From the NCBI GenBank assembly GCA_050950165.1, contig JBMNHC010000001.1:389738-453737 (forward strand): DNA of 64,000 nucleotides, given 5' to 3'. The stretch's first letter is position 1. Each line of letters opens with the position of its first letter. The notes under the pieces are model-generated. The model was not told the origin of the DNA. It worked only from the letters and a program-made list of their open reading frames with translations, and searched no databases. The stretch is from Candidatus Dojkabacteria bacterium. Lineage in GTDB: Bacteria > Patescibacteriota > Dojkabacteria > SC72. Both the position numbers and the translations under genes were made by a program. This document shows, in pieces, positions 10,836 through 19,415 of the stretch.

Positions 10836-10905
10836 AAGGTAGAGGGGATAAATTTGCTTAGTGTAGCAATAAGACTTAAGTGTTGAGTACTTATCTCTAT
10901 ATCTT
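10836..10905. terminator. Branched stem-loop between convergent GH1 and ATPase genes, possible terminator
   Basis: aaggtagaggggataa pairs imperfectly with ttatctctatatctt and encloses two small hairpins (ttgct..agcaa and acttaa..ttgagt). Confidence 0.4.
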
Positions 10906-10922
10906 TGGGTTATGATTATATA

Positions 10923-12074
10923 TTACTCAAGCTTTTTATTACTACTCAATTCTAAAAATTCTTTGTAGTTATCAATATTAACAAGCTTGTATGTAGCATT
11001 AGGGTATTCTAACCAACTCTTAGGAGCCTTCCTATCTTTATCCCACTTAAATTCATATCCATCTAAATTATCTGCATACTTCTCTATATAGTCCACCTCT
11101 GCTCTGTCATATGTTCTCCAAAAGAATCTAGATACATATCTTCTAGTATATTCATTTAATTTCATCCTTTCTATAATTAGGAAGTTTTCCCACAATGCTC
11201 CTCTGTCATTTCTTTTACTTAATGGATTGAAATTGTTAATTAATGCATTTCTAATACCTAAGTCATAGAAATATATCTTGTTTTGTTTAGAAAGTACTTT
11301 TCTTTCATTAGTGTAGTATGGAGGTAATCGGAAGATAACATAGTTTTTTTCTAAAAGATCTATATATCTCTCTATTGTCTTGTAATCTAAACCTACAAGG
11401 TTACTAAGCTCTGTTAATGAAACTTCTGAACCTATCTGTAATGCTAATGCTGAGAGTAATTTATCTAAATATGAAGAATCTTTTACCTTCTCTAATGCTA
11501 ATATGTCTTTGTATAGGTAGCTTCTACTTATTTCTCTTAACAATCTCTCTTTCTCAGAAACACTACTTGTATATACTGCTGGGTACATACCGTATACCAA
11601 GAGTAGTTCTAATTCTTTATCTATAGCTAACGGGTGTTTTTCAGAGTATATTTCTCCAACAGAAAGAGGGTAGAGTTCATAAACATATTTCCTACCTGTT
11701 AATGGTTCTGATGTATTAGAAAGAAGATTAAGACTAGATGAACCAGTTGCAATGATCTGTTTTTCTTCTCCATAGTTATCTACAAGTAGTTTAAGTACAT
11801 TCCCTATCTCTTTAACCTTTTGAGCTTCATCTATAAATATGATTTTTTTGTCTGCTATGAAGTTGTTTAAGTATTCAAAATCTCTCTTATCTAAATTTTC
11901 TTTATCTTTTGGGTTATCGGCATTTAGAAACAAGACATTGTCATAGTCTTTTAATATATGGGTTGCTAGTGTTGTTTTACCAATTTGTCTAGGTCCAGAG
12001 ATGATAATAACCTTTCCTTTGAAGAAATCTCTCTTTATATTCTCTTCTATTGTTCTTTTTAGTCTGTATTTCAT
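10923..12074 (-). CDS. AAA_14 ATPase with C-terminal DUF4143 domain
   Basis: Walker A GPRQIGKT, Walker B IFIDEAQ, ATGSS, LTGR, KIYFYDLGIRN, GALWENF and FWRT..AEVDYI..GYEFK (PD-(D/E)xK-like tail). Confidence 0.92.
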   Translation of the reverse strand: MKYRLKRTIEENIKRDFFKGKVIIISGPRQIGKTTLATHILKDYDNVLFLNADNPKDKENLDKRDFEYLNNFIADKKIIFIDEAQKVKEIGNVLKLLVDNYGEEKQIIATGSSSLNLLSNTSEPLTGRKYVYELYPLSVGEIYSEKHPLAIDKELELLLVYGMYPAVYTSSVSEKERLLREISRSYLYKDILALEKVKDSSYLDKLLSALALQIGSEVSLTELSNLVGLDYKTIERYIDLLEKNYVIFRLPPYYTNERKVLSKQNKIYFYDLGIRNALINNFNPLSKRNDRGALWENFLIIERMKLNEYTRRYVSRFFWRTYDRAEVDYIEKYADNLDGYEFKWDKDRKAPKSWLEYPNATYKLVNIDNYKEFLELSSNKKLE

Positions 12075-12080
12075 TCCTGT

Positions 12081-12199
12081 TATTAGGCTTAATTTAAGGA
12101 ATTGGCTCCTTATTGTAGGCCCAATTTAAGGAATTGTCAAGTATTTTATGCCTAATTTAAGGAATCAACTACAAACATTATGCCTAATTTACGGAATTG
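12081..12199. repeat. Four direct repeats (core AATTTA(A/C)GGAAT) with 32/31/32-bp period
   Basis: Cores start at 12091, 12123, 12154 and 12186, each preceded by ta(g/t)gc(c/t)(c/t). Confidence 0.9.
12112..12140 (-). promoter_or_regulatory. Sigma70-type promoter of the AAA ATPase gene
   Basis: TTGACA (12140-12135), 17-bp spacer, TACAAT (12117-12112). Confidence 0.8.
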
Positions 12200-12248
12200 T
12201 TAGTGTGTAGAAAAGGATAGGTATATTTCTAAAGTTAAAAACAACTCT

Positions 12249-13022
12249 TTAACCAATATTCTTGAAGCTGACATCTAAATATTTAACTATATAATCAAAA
12301 AAAGAAGCCAAATTCTCCCTCTCTTTTCTAGGCACAAAAGGAGCTAAATCTTTTACAAAGTTCTTCTTGGAGAACAACTTTATCCTTTCTTCTAAAGTAT
12401 TTGAATCTATTTTCTTAATATCATAGTACTTAAGCTTCTTGGTAACCAAGTCATCATTAAACTTTGCTCCAAGCTCTAGTAATATCCATAAATCATATAG
12501 ATCTCTATGCTTTACCCTTGTCATTACAGCCCTTATCTTCTCTGCAAATATCTCATCTATACTTAAGGTATTTACAAAACTTTGGAAGATAACAGGATAC
12601 TCGGTTTTTAGAATACTTTGCTTTGGTTCTAAAACTTGTTCTCTAGTAGAGAAATCTAGTTTGATATATACCTTGCTCTTTAGAAAAGGAACCTCTGCTG
12701 TCAAAAGATATGTATATCCTATTATCGATTTCCTCTCCTTTATCTTAAAAGTATATATGTTTTCTAAATATTGAAAGAATGAGAGTATCTTCTCTTCGAA
12801 TTCTTCCTCTGGCATATTTACAGTGAAATCTAAATCCTCTGAAAATCTATGTCCTCCCCATATTAATCTGATTGCAGTGCCTCCCTTAAAAAAGATATTT
12901 TTAGAGAAATTTTGTTCATACAATTCTTTTAGAAAGAGTATCTGTACAAACTCTCTTACTACGACAGAGTTAGATATTTGAAATTTTTTTGATAGTTGTT
13001 TTACTTGTTGTTCTATTATCAT
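12249..13022 (-). CDS. abiEii: AbiEii/AbiGii-family nucleotidyltransferase toxin (type IV TA)
   Basis: FKGGTAIRL..HRFSEDLDF, AEKIRA and RDLYDL motifs. Overlaps the upstream antitoxin (ATGA). Confidence 0.92.
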   Translation of the reverse strand: MIIEQQVKQLSKKFQISNSVVVREFVQILFLKELYEQNFSKNIFFKGGTAIRLIWGGHRFSEDLDFTVNMPEEEFEEKILSFFQYLENIYTFKIKERKSIIGYTYLLTAEVPFLKSKVYIKLDFSTREQVLEPKQSILKTEYPVIFQSFVNTLSIDEIFAEKIRAVMTRVKHRDLYDLWILLELGAKFNDDLVTKKLKYYDIKKIDSNTLEERIKLFSKKNFVKDLAPFVPRKERENLASFFDYIVKYLDVSFKNIG

Positions 13023-13609
13023 AGATATTGAGATATTAAAAGTTTAATTGATTTCCTAAGCCTCTTTGGTAGGAGGTATATATATTTTTCTACTTCCCTT
13101 TTTTTAATATTTGTATAGTCCATTTCATTTAGATACTCTGCATTTTTTTTCTTTAGGGCTATCATGTAGAGTTGATCAAAGAGAGCTTTTTCTGGATATG
13201 CCATGAGACAGTTACCTAGTTTGTAATATCCAGTATATATTTGCTTACTTATCTTCGTATATGTGTATGTTTTGCCCAATATTTCTTTACTTTTGCTTTT
13301 CTTTGTCGTAGCTGAAATAATTTCAAATGGAAACTGACTTAAAATTCCATGATAGTTAAGAGCAGTTTCAAAGGAGATGTATGATGGAGAGTAGAGGAAT
13401 TGAGATATTTCAAAGTCTGTGATATTTGAATCTGTTAGTATGTACTTACCTTTTTCTAAAGGAGTTATTACTTTTGTATCAATTAGTTTCTTTATTCTGT
13501 TTTCTAATGTTCTTTGAGTATTGATTCCTAAGATTTGTGATATATCTTTAGTAGTAAAGAGCTTTTTATCACTTTTAAGAAACAAATTTACAATGTTTAT
13601 CAGTTCCAT
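13019..13609 (-). CDS. abiEi: AbiEi-family antitoxin / transcriptional regulator
   Basis: N-terminal wHTH-like region, PSYISFETALNYHGIL and AYPEKALFD motifs. Directly upstream of abiEii. Confidence 0.9.
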   Translation of the reverse strand: MELINIVNLFLKSDKKLFTTKDISQILGINTQRTLENRIKKLIDTKVITPLEKGKYILTDSNITDFEISQFLYSPSYISFETALNYHGILSQFPFEIISATTKKSKSKEILGKTYTYTKISKQIYTGYYKLGNCLMAYPEKALFDQLYMIALKKKNAEYLNEMDYTNIKKREVEKYIYLLPKRLRKSIKLLISQYL

Positions 13610-13611
13610 AT

Positions 13612-13647
13612 ACCACCTATTTTAGGTGGTTTGTGGAAATATGTCAA
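13612..13647 (-). promoter_or_regulatory. abiE promoter with an overlapping palindromic operator
   Basis: TTGACA (13647-13642), 17 bp, TAAAAT (13624-13619). A perfect 8-bp inverted repeat ACCACCTA-ttt-TAGGTGGT (13612-13630) is centred on the -10. Confidence 0.8.
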
Positions 13648-13800
13648 TGGGGGGGGGAGGAGATTAATTTTGCGAAAAAATGAAGGCTGTACATATTGTT
13701 GCTCCTTTCTCCATTCCGTGATATACTCGCTCTGTTAGCAATTAATATTAGTCGTATGTCTATCCAGCTAACAGGAAGACATCACCAAAGGATTAACCCT

Positions 13801-15021
13801 ATGGCACAGACAAAAAAGCAAACAGAGAGTTCTGCTATGTACTCTCAAATAGATGAATTTCTTTCAGATAGCAAACATCAGATAAAGCAACTTGCAAGAG
13901 GAGATATTGTAGAAGGAGAAGTTGTAGATATTAACAATGGAATAATCATTGTAGATGTTGGGTATAAGTCTGAAGGAATAGTTGCAGGAAAAGAGCTTAA
14001 AAGTGATACATTAGATTGGACAACTCTAAAACAGGGAGACAAGATCTTAGTGTATGTTGTTAAACCTGAAGATGATAAAGGACAGTTAGTACTCTCAATT
14101 AGAAGAACACAGCAAGCAAGTGCATGGTTAGCATTAGAGAATGCTAAAAAGAACAATGATATCGTAGAAGCTGTAGTAGTAGAATCTAATAACGGGGGAT
14201 TAATTGTTGAGATAGGGAAAGGAATTAGAGGCTTTATCCCAACTTCTCAGCTAGATGCAACAAGGGTATATGCAGACGGTGTTAGACAGGTAGGTAAAGA
14301 TATCTCCTCTAGGGTACAGAAAAGACTTAACTCTTTAATAGGGGAGAGTATTAAAACTAGAATCATTGAATTAGATAGAGAGAAAAACAGAATAATTCTT
14401 TCAGAGAAAATGGTGACACAGGCAAGAGATTTAGAGAAGAGGGCACAGACCTTAAAGAAGGTAAAGGAAGGAGATGTACTTGAAGGAACAGTTAGTGGTA
14501 TTACCCCATTTGGTATCTTTGTTAATGCACAAGGTTTAGAAGGACTAGTGCACCTTTCTGAGCTTTCATGGGATAAAGTGGAAGATATTGGAGCAATATA
14601 TTCTGTAGGAGATAAAGTTGAGGTAATGGTAATAGGGTTGACAGATGGTGGAAAGAGAGTTGCATACAGTGTAAAAAGGTTACAGCAAGATCCATGGTCT
14701 ATGGCAATTTCTAAGTTTAAAGTCGGAGATATTGTAGATGGAGAGGTACAGAAGGTTGTTCCATACGGAGCATTTGTTAGAATTGGAGAGGGTCTAAATG
14801 GTCTAATTCATATCTCAGAGCTTTCAGACAAACTAGTTAAGAATCCTGAAGATATTGTAAAGACAGGTCAGAAGGTAAAGGTAAAAATTCTTTCAATATC
14901 TTCTACTGAAAGACACTTAGGATTAAGTCTTAAGGCAGCACAGACACCAGCACAGAAACAGCTAAGTGAGGAGCAACTCTCAGAGGCAATAGATGCTGCG
15001 ATAGATGCAGAGATAAAGTAA
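13801..15021 (+). CDS. rpsA: 30S ribosomal protein S1 (four S1 domains)
   Basis: Repeated S1 motifs (VDVGYKSEG, RGFIPTSQL, GLVHLSELSW, GLIHISELS). ATG at 13801 is preferred over the track's start at 13696. Confidence 0.92.
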   Translation: MAQTKKQTESSAMYSQIDEFLSDSKHQIKQLARGDIVEGEVVDINNGIIIVDVGYKSEGIVAGKELKSDTLDWTTLKQGDKILVYVVKPEDDKGQLVLSIRRTQQASAWLALENAKKNNDIVEAVVVESNNGGLIVEIGKGIRGFIPTSQLDATRVYADGVRQVGKDISSRVQKRLNSLIGESIKTRIIELDREKNRIILSEKMVTQARDLEKRAQTLKKVKEGDVLEGTVSGITPFGIFVNAQGLEGLVHLSELSWDKVEDIGAIYSVGDKVEVMVIGLTDGGKRVAYSVKRLQQDPWSMAISKFKVGDIVDGEVQKVVPYGAFVRIGEGLNGLIHISELSDKLVKNPEDIVKTGQKVKVKILSISSTERHLGLSLKAAQTPAQKQLSEEQLSEAIDAAIDAEIK

Positions 15022-15031
15022 GAGATATTCT

Positions 15032-15059
15032 AAAGAGGGGTATTACTACCTCTCTTTTT
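15032..15059 (+). terminator. Intrinsic terminator after rpsA
   Basis: aaagaggggta-ttac-tacctctcttt ending in a T run. Confidence 0.7.
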
Positions 15060-15072
15060 GGTATAATAGGGT

Positions 15073-17544
15073 ATGAAGAAAGCAATAAGTAATCACATAT
15101 TTTCTAGGTTAAGCCGTAATGCAAAAATATCCATTAGAAATGGAGCTACCATATCTGAGTATTTAAAGAGTAGTTCTGTTCAGCCAGAACATATATTGGT
15201 AGGAATACTTTTGAATGAAAATGCACTAGCTACTAAGATTGTTCTTTCAATGGGGCTTAATATTGAGGAGATATTAAGTACGATACTTAAGGGCTCTACA
15301 TTGGATATAGTGGCAGATAGTAGTTTGCCTAAAGAGGTTAAGTTTTCCAAAGATTCGCAGATAGTACTTAGAAAGGCCTTCGATTGGTCACAGAGATACT
15401 CCCATGTATATGTAGGAACAGAGCATTTAATGTTAGCACTTTTGGAATCTACGGACCTGTTTATAAAGGATTTGGCTAAGCACGGTTTTGAGATAAAGAG
15501 ATTTCAGAAACATCTAGCTGAATATGCTACATATCCATTAGGGATACTTGCTAAGCCAGAGATAACAGGACAGCAGGTTCAGAGAGGAAGTCTCTTGGGA
15601 GTAATAGGTAGAGACTTAGTAGCATTAGCAAAGGAGGGTAAACTTGATCCACTTGTAGGTAGAGAAGATGAATTAAACAATATGGTAAAGATACTTAGTC
15701 GTAGAAAGAAGAGTAATCCGATAATTGTGGGAGATGCAGGAGTAGGAAAGACTGTATTAGTAGAGGGTCTTGCTCAGATGATAGCGGATGGTACCGTACC
15801 TCCATCTTTAAGAGATATGAGAATAGTGTCACTAGATGTAGCTAGTATAATGGCAGGTAGTAAAATGAGAGGTGATGTAGAAGAGAAGGTTTTGGATATT
15901 GTAAATGAGGTAATAGAGTCTACAAATATAATTCTTTTCATAGACGAAATACATACAATTCTAACTTCTTCTCTTCCTGGGGGAAACTCTGAGATAGCGT
16001 CAATATTAAAGCCTGCTTTGCTAAGAGACAATTTTAGATGTATTGGAGCTACAACAACAGAAGAATATTCTGCATACTTTGAGAGTGATAATGCTTTGGC
16101 TAGAAGATTTCAAACAATATTTTTAGAGGAGCCTACAATAGAGGAAACGATTCAGATATTAAAGAATCTAAGACCCATTCTGGAAGCACATCATAGGATT
16201 AGAATAAGTGATGAGGCATTAGAGTTAGGGGTATCACTTTCTGATAGATATATTAGTGATAGATATCTACCAGATAAAGCGATAGATCTTTTAGATGAGG
16301 CTAGTGCTACTAAGAAGTTAAGTATAGATGGTAAATATGAGGAACTTTCATCTTTGGCTTCTAAGCTAAGAGGTATTCAAGGGGCTAAAGAAGAGTACAT
16401 CATTAAGGGTGATATGGAGTTAGCTGCCAAACTTAAAAAGGAAGAGATATCTCTTAAAAAGAAGATATCTACTTTAGAAAAGAAGAGAGCAGAGGCAAGA
16501 AAGAGAAAGAGTAGTGTGGTGAATATAGATGATATTAGAAAAGTGGTATCAGATTGGACAGGTATTCCTCTTAATACATTAGGCTCAAAAGAGAAGAGTA
16601 CTCTTCTTAAGTTAGATGAGAAGATTAATGAGTCTGTCATTGGGCAGAAAGAGGCAGTAGCAGGAGTTGTATCAGCAATTAAAAGAGCAAGAGTAGGAAT
16701 ATCTGATGAGAGTAGGCCTTGGGCATCATTTCTCTTTTTAGGACCTACAGGTGTTGGTAAGAGTGAGTTAGCAAAGGTTTTAGCAAAAGAACTTTTTGGT
16801 AATGAGGATAAATTAGTGCAGATAGATATGTCTGAGTTAATGGAGATGCACAGTGTTTCTAAATTGATAGGGTCTCCTCCTGGGTATATAGGGTATCAGC
16901 AAGGTGGTTGGTTGACAGAACAGGTTAGAAGAAATCCACATAGTGTGATACTTTTTGATGAGATAGAGAAGGCTCATCCAGATGTACTAAATATATTACT
17001 TCAGATTTTAGAGTATGGGCATCTAACAGATGGTAGGGGTAGGAAAGTAAATTTTAAGAATACAATAGTAATATTAACATCAAATATTGGGGCAGAAGCG
17101 ATAGGTAGAGATAGAGTGTTAGGGTTTTCTAGAACAAGAAACAAGGAGGAGAAGAAGAGTGCTGAACAAGCGTACTCTACAATGAAATCTGAGCTTCTTA
17201 AAGAGCTTAGAAAGACATTAAGGCCTGAGCTTCTAAATAGGTTAGATGATACTGTAATTTTTAGAGCATTAAGTACTAAAGATGCAAGAAAGATAGTAGA
17301 GATTTTGGTAGATGAGTTAAATGAAAGGATTGGTAATCAGGGATACAAGGTTTTGCTTTCTAAACCTCTTCTTTCATACATAGTTAAAGAAGGGTTTAGT
17401 CAAGAATATGGTGCTCGTCCACTAAGAAGGGTATTACAAGACAGGGTAGAGAGTAAGTTAGCCGACCATATCTTAAGAAAAGGTGATGAGGGAGGGGTAA
17501 TAAAGATGGATTTTAAGAAGAATCGTATAGTTATTAATTCTTAA
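15073..17544 (+). CDS. clpC: ATP-dependent Clp protease ATP-binding subunit (ClpC-like)
   Basis: Clp N domain, two AAA modules (GDAGVGKT and GPTGVGKS), RYLPDKAIDLLDEA, GSPPGYIGY, YGARPLRR. Confidence 0.93.
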   Translation: MKKAISNHIFSRLSRNAKISIRNGATISEYLKSSSVQPEHILVGILLNENALATKIVLSMGLNIEEILSTILKGSTLDIVADSSLPKEVKFSKDSQIVLRKAFDWSQRYSHVYVGTEHLMLALLESTDLFIKDLAKHGFEIKRFQKHLAEYATYPLGILAKPEITGQQVQRGSLLGVIGRDLVALAKEGKLDPLVGREDELNNMVKILSRRKKSNPIIVGDAGVGKTVLVEGLAQMIADGTVPPSLRDMRIVSLDVASIMAGSKMRGDVEEKVLDIVNEVIESTNIILFIDEIHTILTSSLPGGNSEIASILKPALLRDNFRCIGATTTEEYSAYFESDNALARRFQTIFLEEPTIEETIQILKNLRPILEAHHRIRISDEALELGVSLSDRYISDRYLPDKAIDLLDEASATKKLSIDGKYEELSSLASKLRGIQGAKEEYIIKGDMELAAKLKKEEISLKKKISTLEKKRAEARKRKSSVVNIDDIRKVVSDWTGIPLNTLGSKEKSTLLKLDEKINESVIGQKEAVAGVVSAIKRARVGISDESRPWASFLFLGPTGVGKSELAKVLAKELFGNEDKLVQIDMSELMEMHSVSKLIGSPPGYIGYQQGGWLTEQVRRNPHSVILFDEIEKAHPDVLNILLQILEYGHLTDGRGRKVNFKNTIVILTSNIGAEAIGRDRVLGFSRTRNKEEKKSAEQAYSTMKSELLKELRKTLRPELLNRLDDTVIFRALSTKDARKIVEILVDELNERIGNQGYKVLLSKPLLSYIVKEGFSQEYGARPLRRVLQDRVESKLADHILRKGDEGGVIKMDFKKNRIVINS

Positions 17545-17560
17545 TTTAATATTTTTACTA

Positions 17561-18907
17561 ATGAGCTATATTTGTTCAGTATGTGCAACAGAATATCTTA
17601 AATGGTCAGGTAAATGTAATACATGTGGGCAGTGGGGTACCTTAGAAAAGATTGAAGAGAGTACTCAAGTAGTAGGTACATCTGTAAGTAAAACTAAAAA
17701 AGCAGACTATAAGGCTATTACCAAATATAGAGAGAAGGCCCCTAGTAAAAGAGGCGCGTCTAATCGTATTAGTTCAGGCTATTTAGAATTTGATAGAGTC
17801 TTGGGCGGTGGCTTTGTAGAGGGTAGTGTAGTTTTACTTAGTGGTGAGCCTGGAGTGGGCAAATCTACACTCTTGTTGCAGATAGCATTAAATCTTTCTT
17901 CTGATAAAAAGATTCTCTATGTATGTGGTGAAGAGTCTCCAACTCAACTTCTTTCTAGATTAGATAGGCTCTCTGGTAAGGGTGGTAAAGTAGAAAATAT
18001 CTTTGTTACTAGCGATGTGGTAGTAGAGAGCATATTTGCTCTTGTTGAGAAAGAGAGATTTGATCTTTTAATTGTGGACTCAATACAAAGTATGAGCTCG
18101 GAAACATCTAGAGGATATCCTGGGAGTATTAGCCAGGTTAGGGCATCAGGAGCAATATTGACTAGATTAGCAAAGTCAACGGGAATACCAACAATACTTG
18201 TAGGGCAGATAAATAAGGGGGGAGATATTGCAGGTCCTAAGATATTAGAACATATTGTAGACTGTGTACTCTACATTGAAGGTGGAGAGTTTAATCAGTA
18301 CAGGTTGTTAAGGGGTATGAAGAATAGGTTCGGCTCTACTAATGAGATAGGGGTTTTTGAGATGAGCTCTAGTGGATTGATGGAGGTAGGGAATCCTTCT
18401 TTGCTTTTCTTAGATAGCAAGTCCAATGTATCAGGTAGTGCAATAGGGGCTGTAATACAAGGTTCTAGAGTTGTATTTGTAGAGGTACAAGCACTAGTTG
18501 TAGAAAGGTCTGGAGAAGCAGGTCCGTTAAGAAGAGTCGCAAATGGTATTAAGAAGCCTCGTTTAGATATGCTTACTGCTGTTCTTTCTAGAAGAGGAGG
18601 GGTATTTTTAGGTGATAAGGATGTTTTTGTAAATGTAGTAGGAGGTATTAATATTTCTGATCCTGCAATAGATTTAGCAATATGTGCGGCTATTAAATCA
18701 GCAGTAAAAGATAATGTTTTAGATAGAGATTCTATATATTTCGGAGAGGTTGGTCTTACAGGAGAGATTCGTGGTACATGGGGATTGCAATCGGTTCTTT
18801 CAGAAGCATCAAGGGTAGGGTACAAGAGGATATATATAGGAGATACTCCTTTAAAAAGTGTACCAAAGATAAATGTGTCTGTAGTAAAGGGTATTAAGAA
18901 GTTATAA
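17561..18907 (+). CDS. radA: DNA repair protein RadA/Sms
   Basis: N-terminal C4 zinc finger, GEPGVGKST, KNRFG, Lon-like C-terminus (GEVGLTGEIR). Confidence 0.96.
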   Translation: MSYICSVCATEYLKWSGKCNTCGQWGTLEKIEESTQVVGTSVSKTKKADYKAITKYREKAPSKRGASNRISSGYLEFDRVLGGGFVEGSVVLLSGEPGVGKSTLLLQIALNLSSDKKILYVCGEESPTQLLSRLDRLSGKGGKVENIFVTSDVVVESIFALVEKERFDLLIVDSIQSMSSETSRGYPGSISQVRASGAILTRLAKSTGIPTILVGQINKGGDIAGPKILEHIVDCVLYIEGGEFNQYRLLRGMKNRFGSTNEIGVFEMSSSGLMEVGNPSLLFLDSKSNVSGSAIGAVIQGSRVVFVEVQALVVERSGEAGPLRRVANGIKKPRLDMLTAVLSRRGGVFLGDKDVFVNVVGGINISDPAIDLAICAAIKSAVKDNVLDRDSIYFGEVGLTGEIRGTWGLQSVLSEASRVGYKRIYIGDTPLKSVPKINVSVVKGIKKL

Positions 18908-19063
18908 TTTTTTTTGACAAATACCATCCACAAAACGCGTAAAGTTTTAAATATTTTTTACCAATCGTAACCTGTATTTTCCCAAAAGGAGAAAGATTGT
19001 TGTAAGAATGGGAGAATGTCTTGGTTGTCGAAAAGAGCTCTCACGTGGATATCTTTTATAGGC

Positions 19064-19093
19064 TTGACATACGATTGTCATAGGGGTTATAAT
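19064..19093 (+). promoter_or_regulatory. Consensus sigma70 promoter driving the intergenic structured RNA
   Basis: TTGACA (19064-19069), 18 bp, TATAAT (19088-19093). Confidence 0.75.
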
Positions 19094-19099
19094 ATCTCG

Positions 19100-19358
19100 T
19101 TCTTTAATATCTTATGTGGATATCTTACCTTTCTCCCTTTGTCTGGGGTGCCACGAACACATCTGGACAAAAGGAAAAGGGTAGGATACTCTTAGTTTCT
19201 CTCTCCCTGGGTTTGGTCTTAAAATAGTTCTGAACCTAAGGAAAGGGAGATTGAGGGAAGCATAAGTATGCTCTTCGATATTAGCCTTCTTTTGATTAAA
19301 AAGAAGGATAACACCGGGGTCGGTTGGGGCAGTACCGATCCCTCTTTTTTTTCTTTTT
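19100..19358 (+). ncRNA. Putative structured non-coding RNA of unknown family
   Basis: Two abutting ~68-nt hairpins rich in G-U pairs (19121-19188, 19189-19257), small hairpins at 19259-19272 and 19285-19307, and a closing helix 19104-19111/19277-19284. Bounded by a promoter and a terminator, with no + strand ORF in the track. Confidence 0.65.
19316..19358 (+). terminator. Intrinsic terminator ending the putative ncRNA
   Basis: ggggtcggt...accgatccc GC-rich stem followed by a long T tract. Confidence 0.8.
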
Positions 19359-19367
19359 AATCTCATA

Positions 19368-19396
19368 TTGACTTCTTAAAATTCTTTGAATATACT
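19368..19396 (+). promoter_or_regulatory. rho promoter
   Basis: TTGACT (19368-19373), 17 bp, TATACT (19391-19396). Confidence 0.7.
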
Positions 19397-19415
19397 GAAT
19401 AGTCAAATGGGTTAA

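Noticed and set aside
12081-12199. CRISPR array
   Set aside because: Only four degenerate repeats with ~10-nt variable parts, no cas genes, and the repeats overlap a promoter.
18908-19130. Replication origin
   Set aside because: Only 2-3 mismatched DnaA-like boxes, no dnaA/dnaN nearby, and no skew switch that I can establish by eye.
19112-19366. 84-aa minus-strand ORF
   Set aside because: No recognisable motifs. It is antisense to a promoter- and terminator-bounded region whose G-U pairs favour a + strand RNA.
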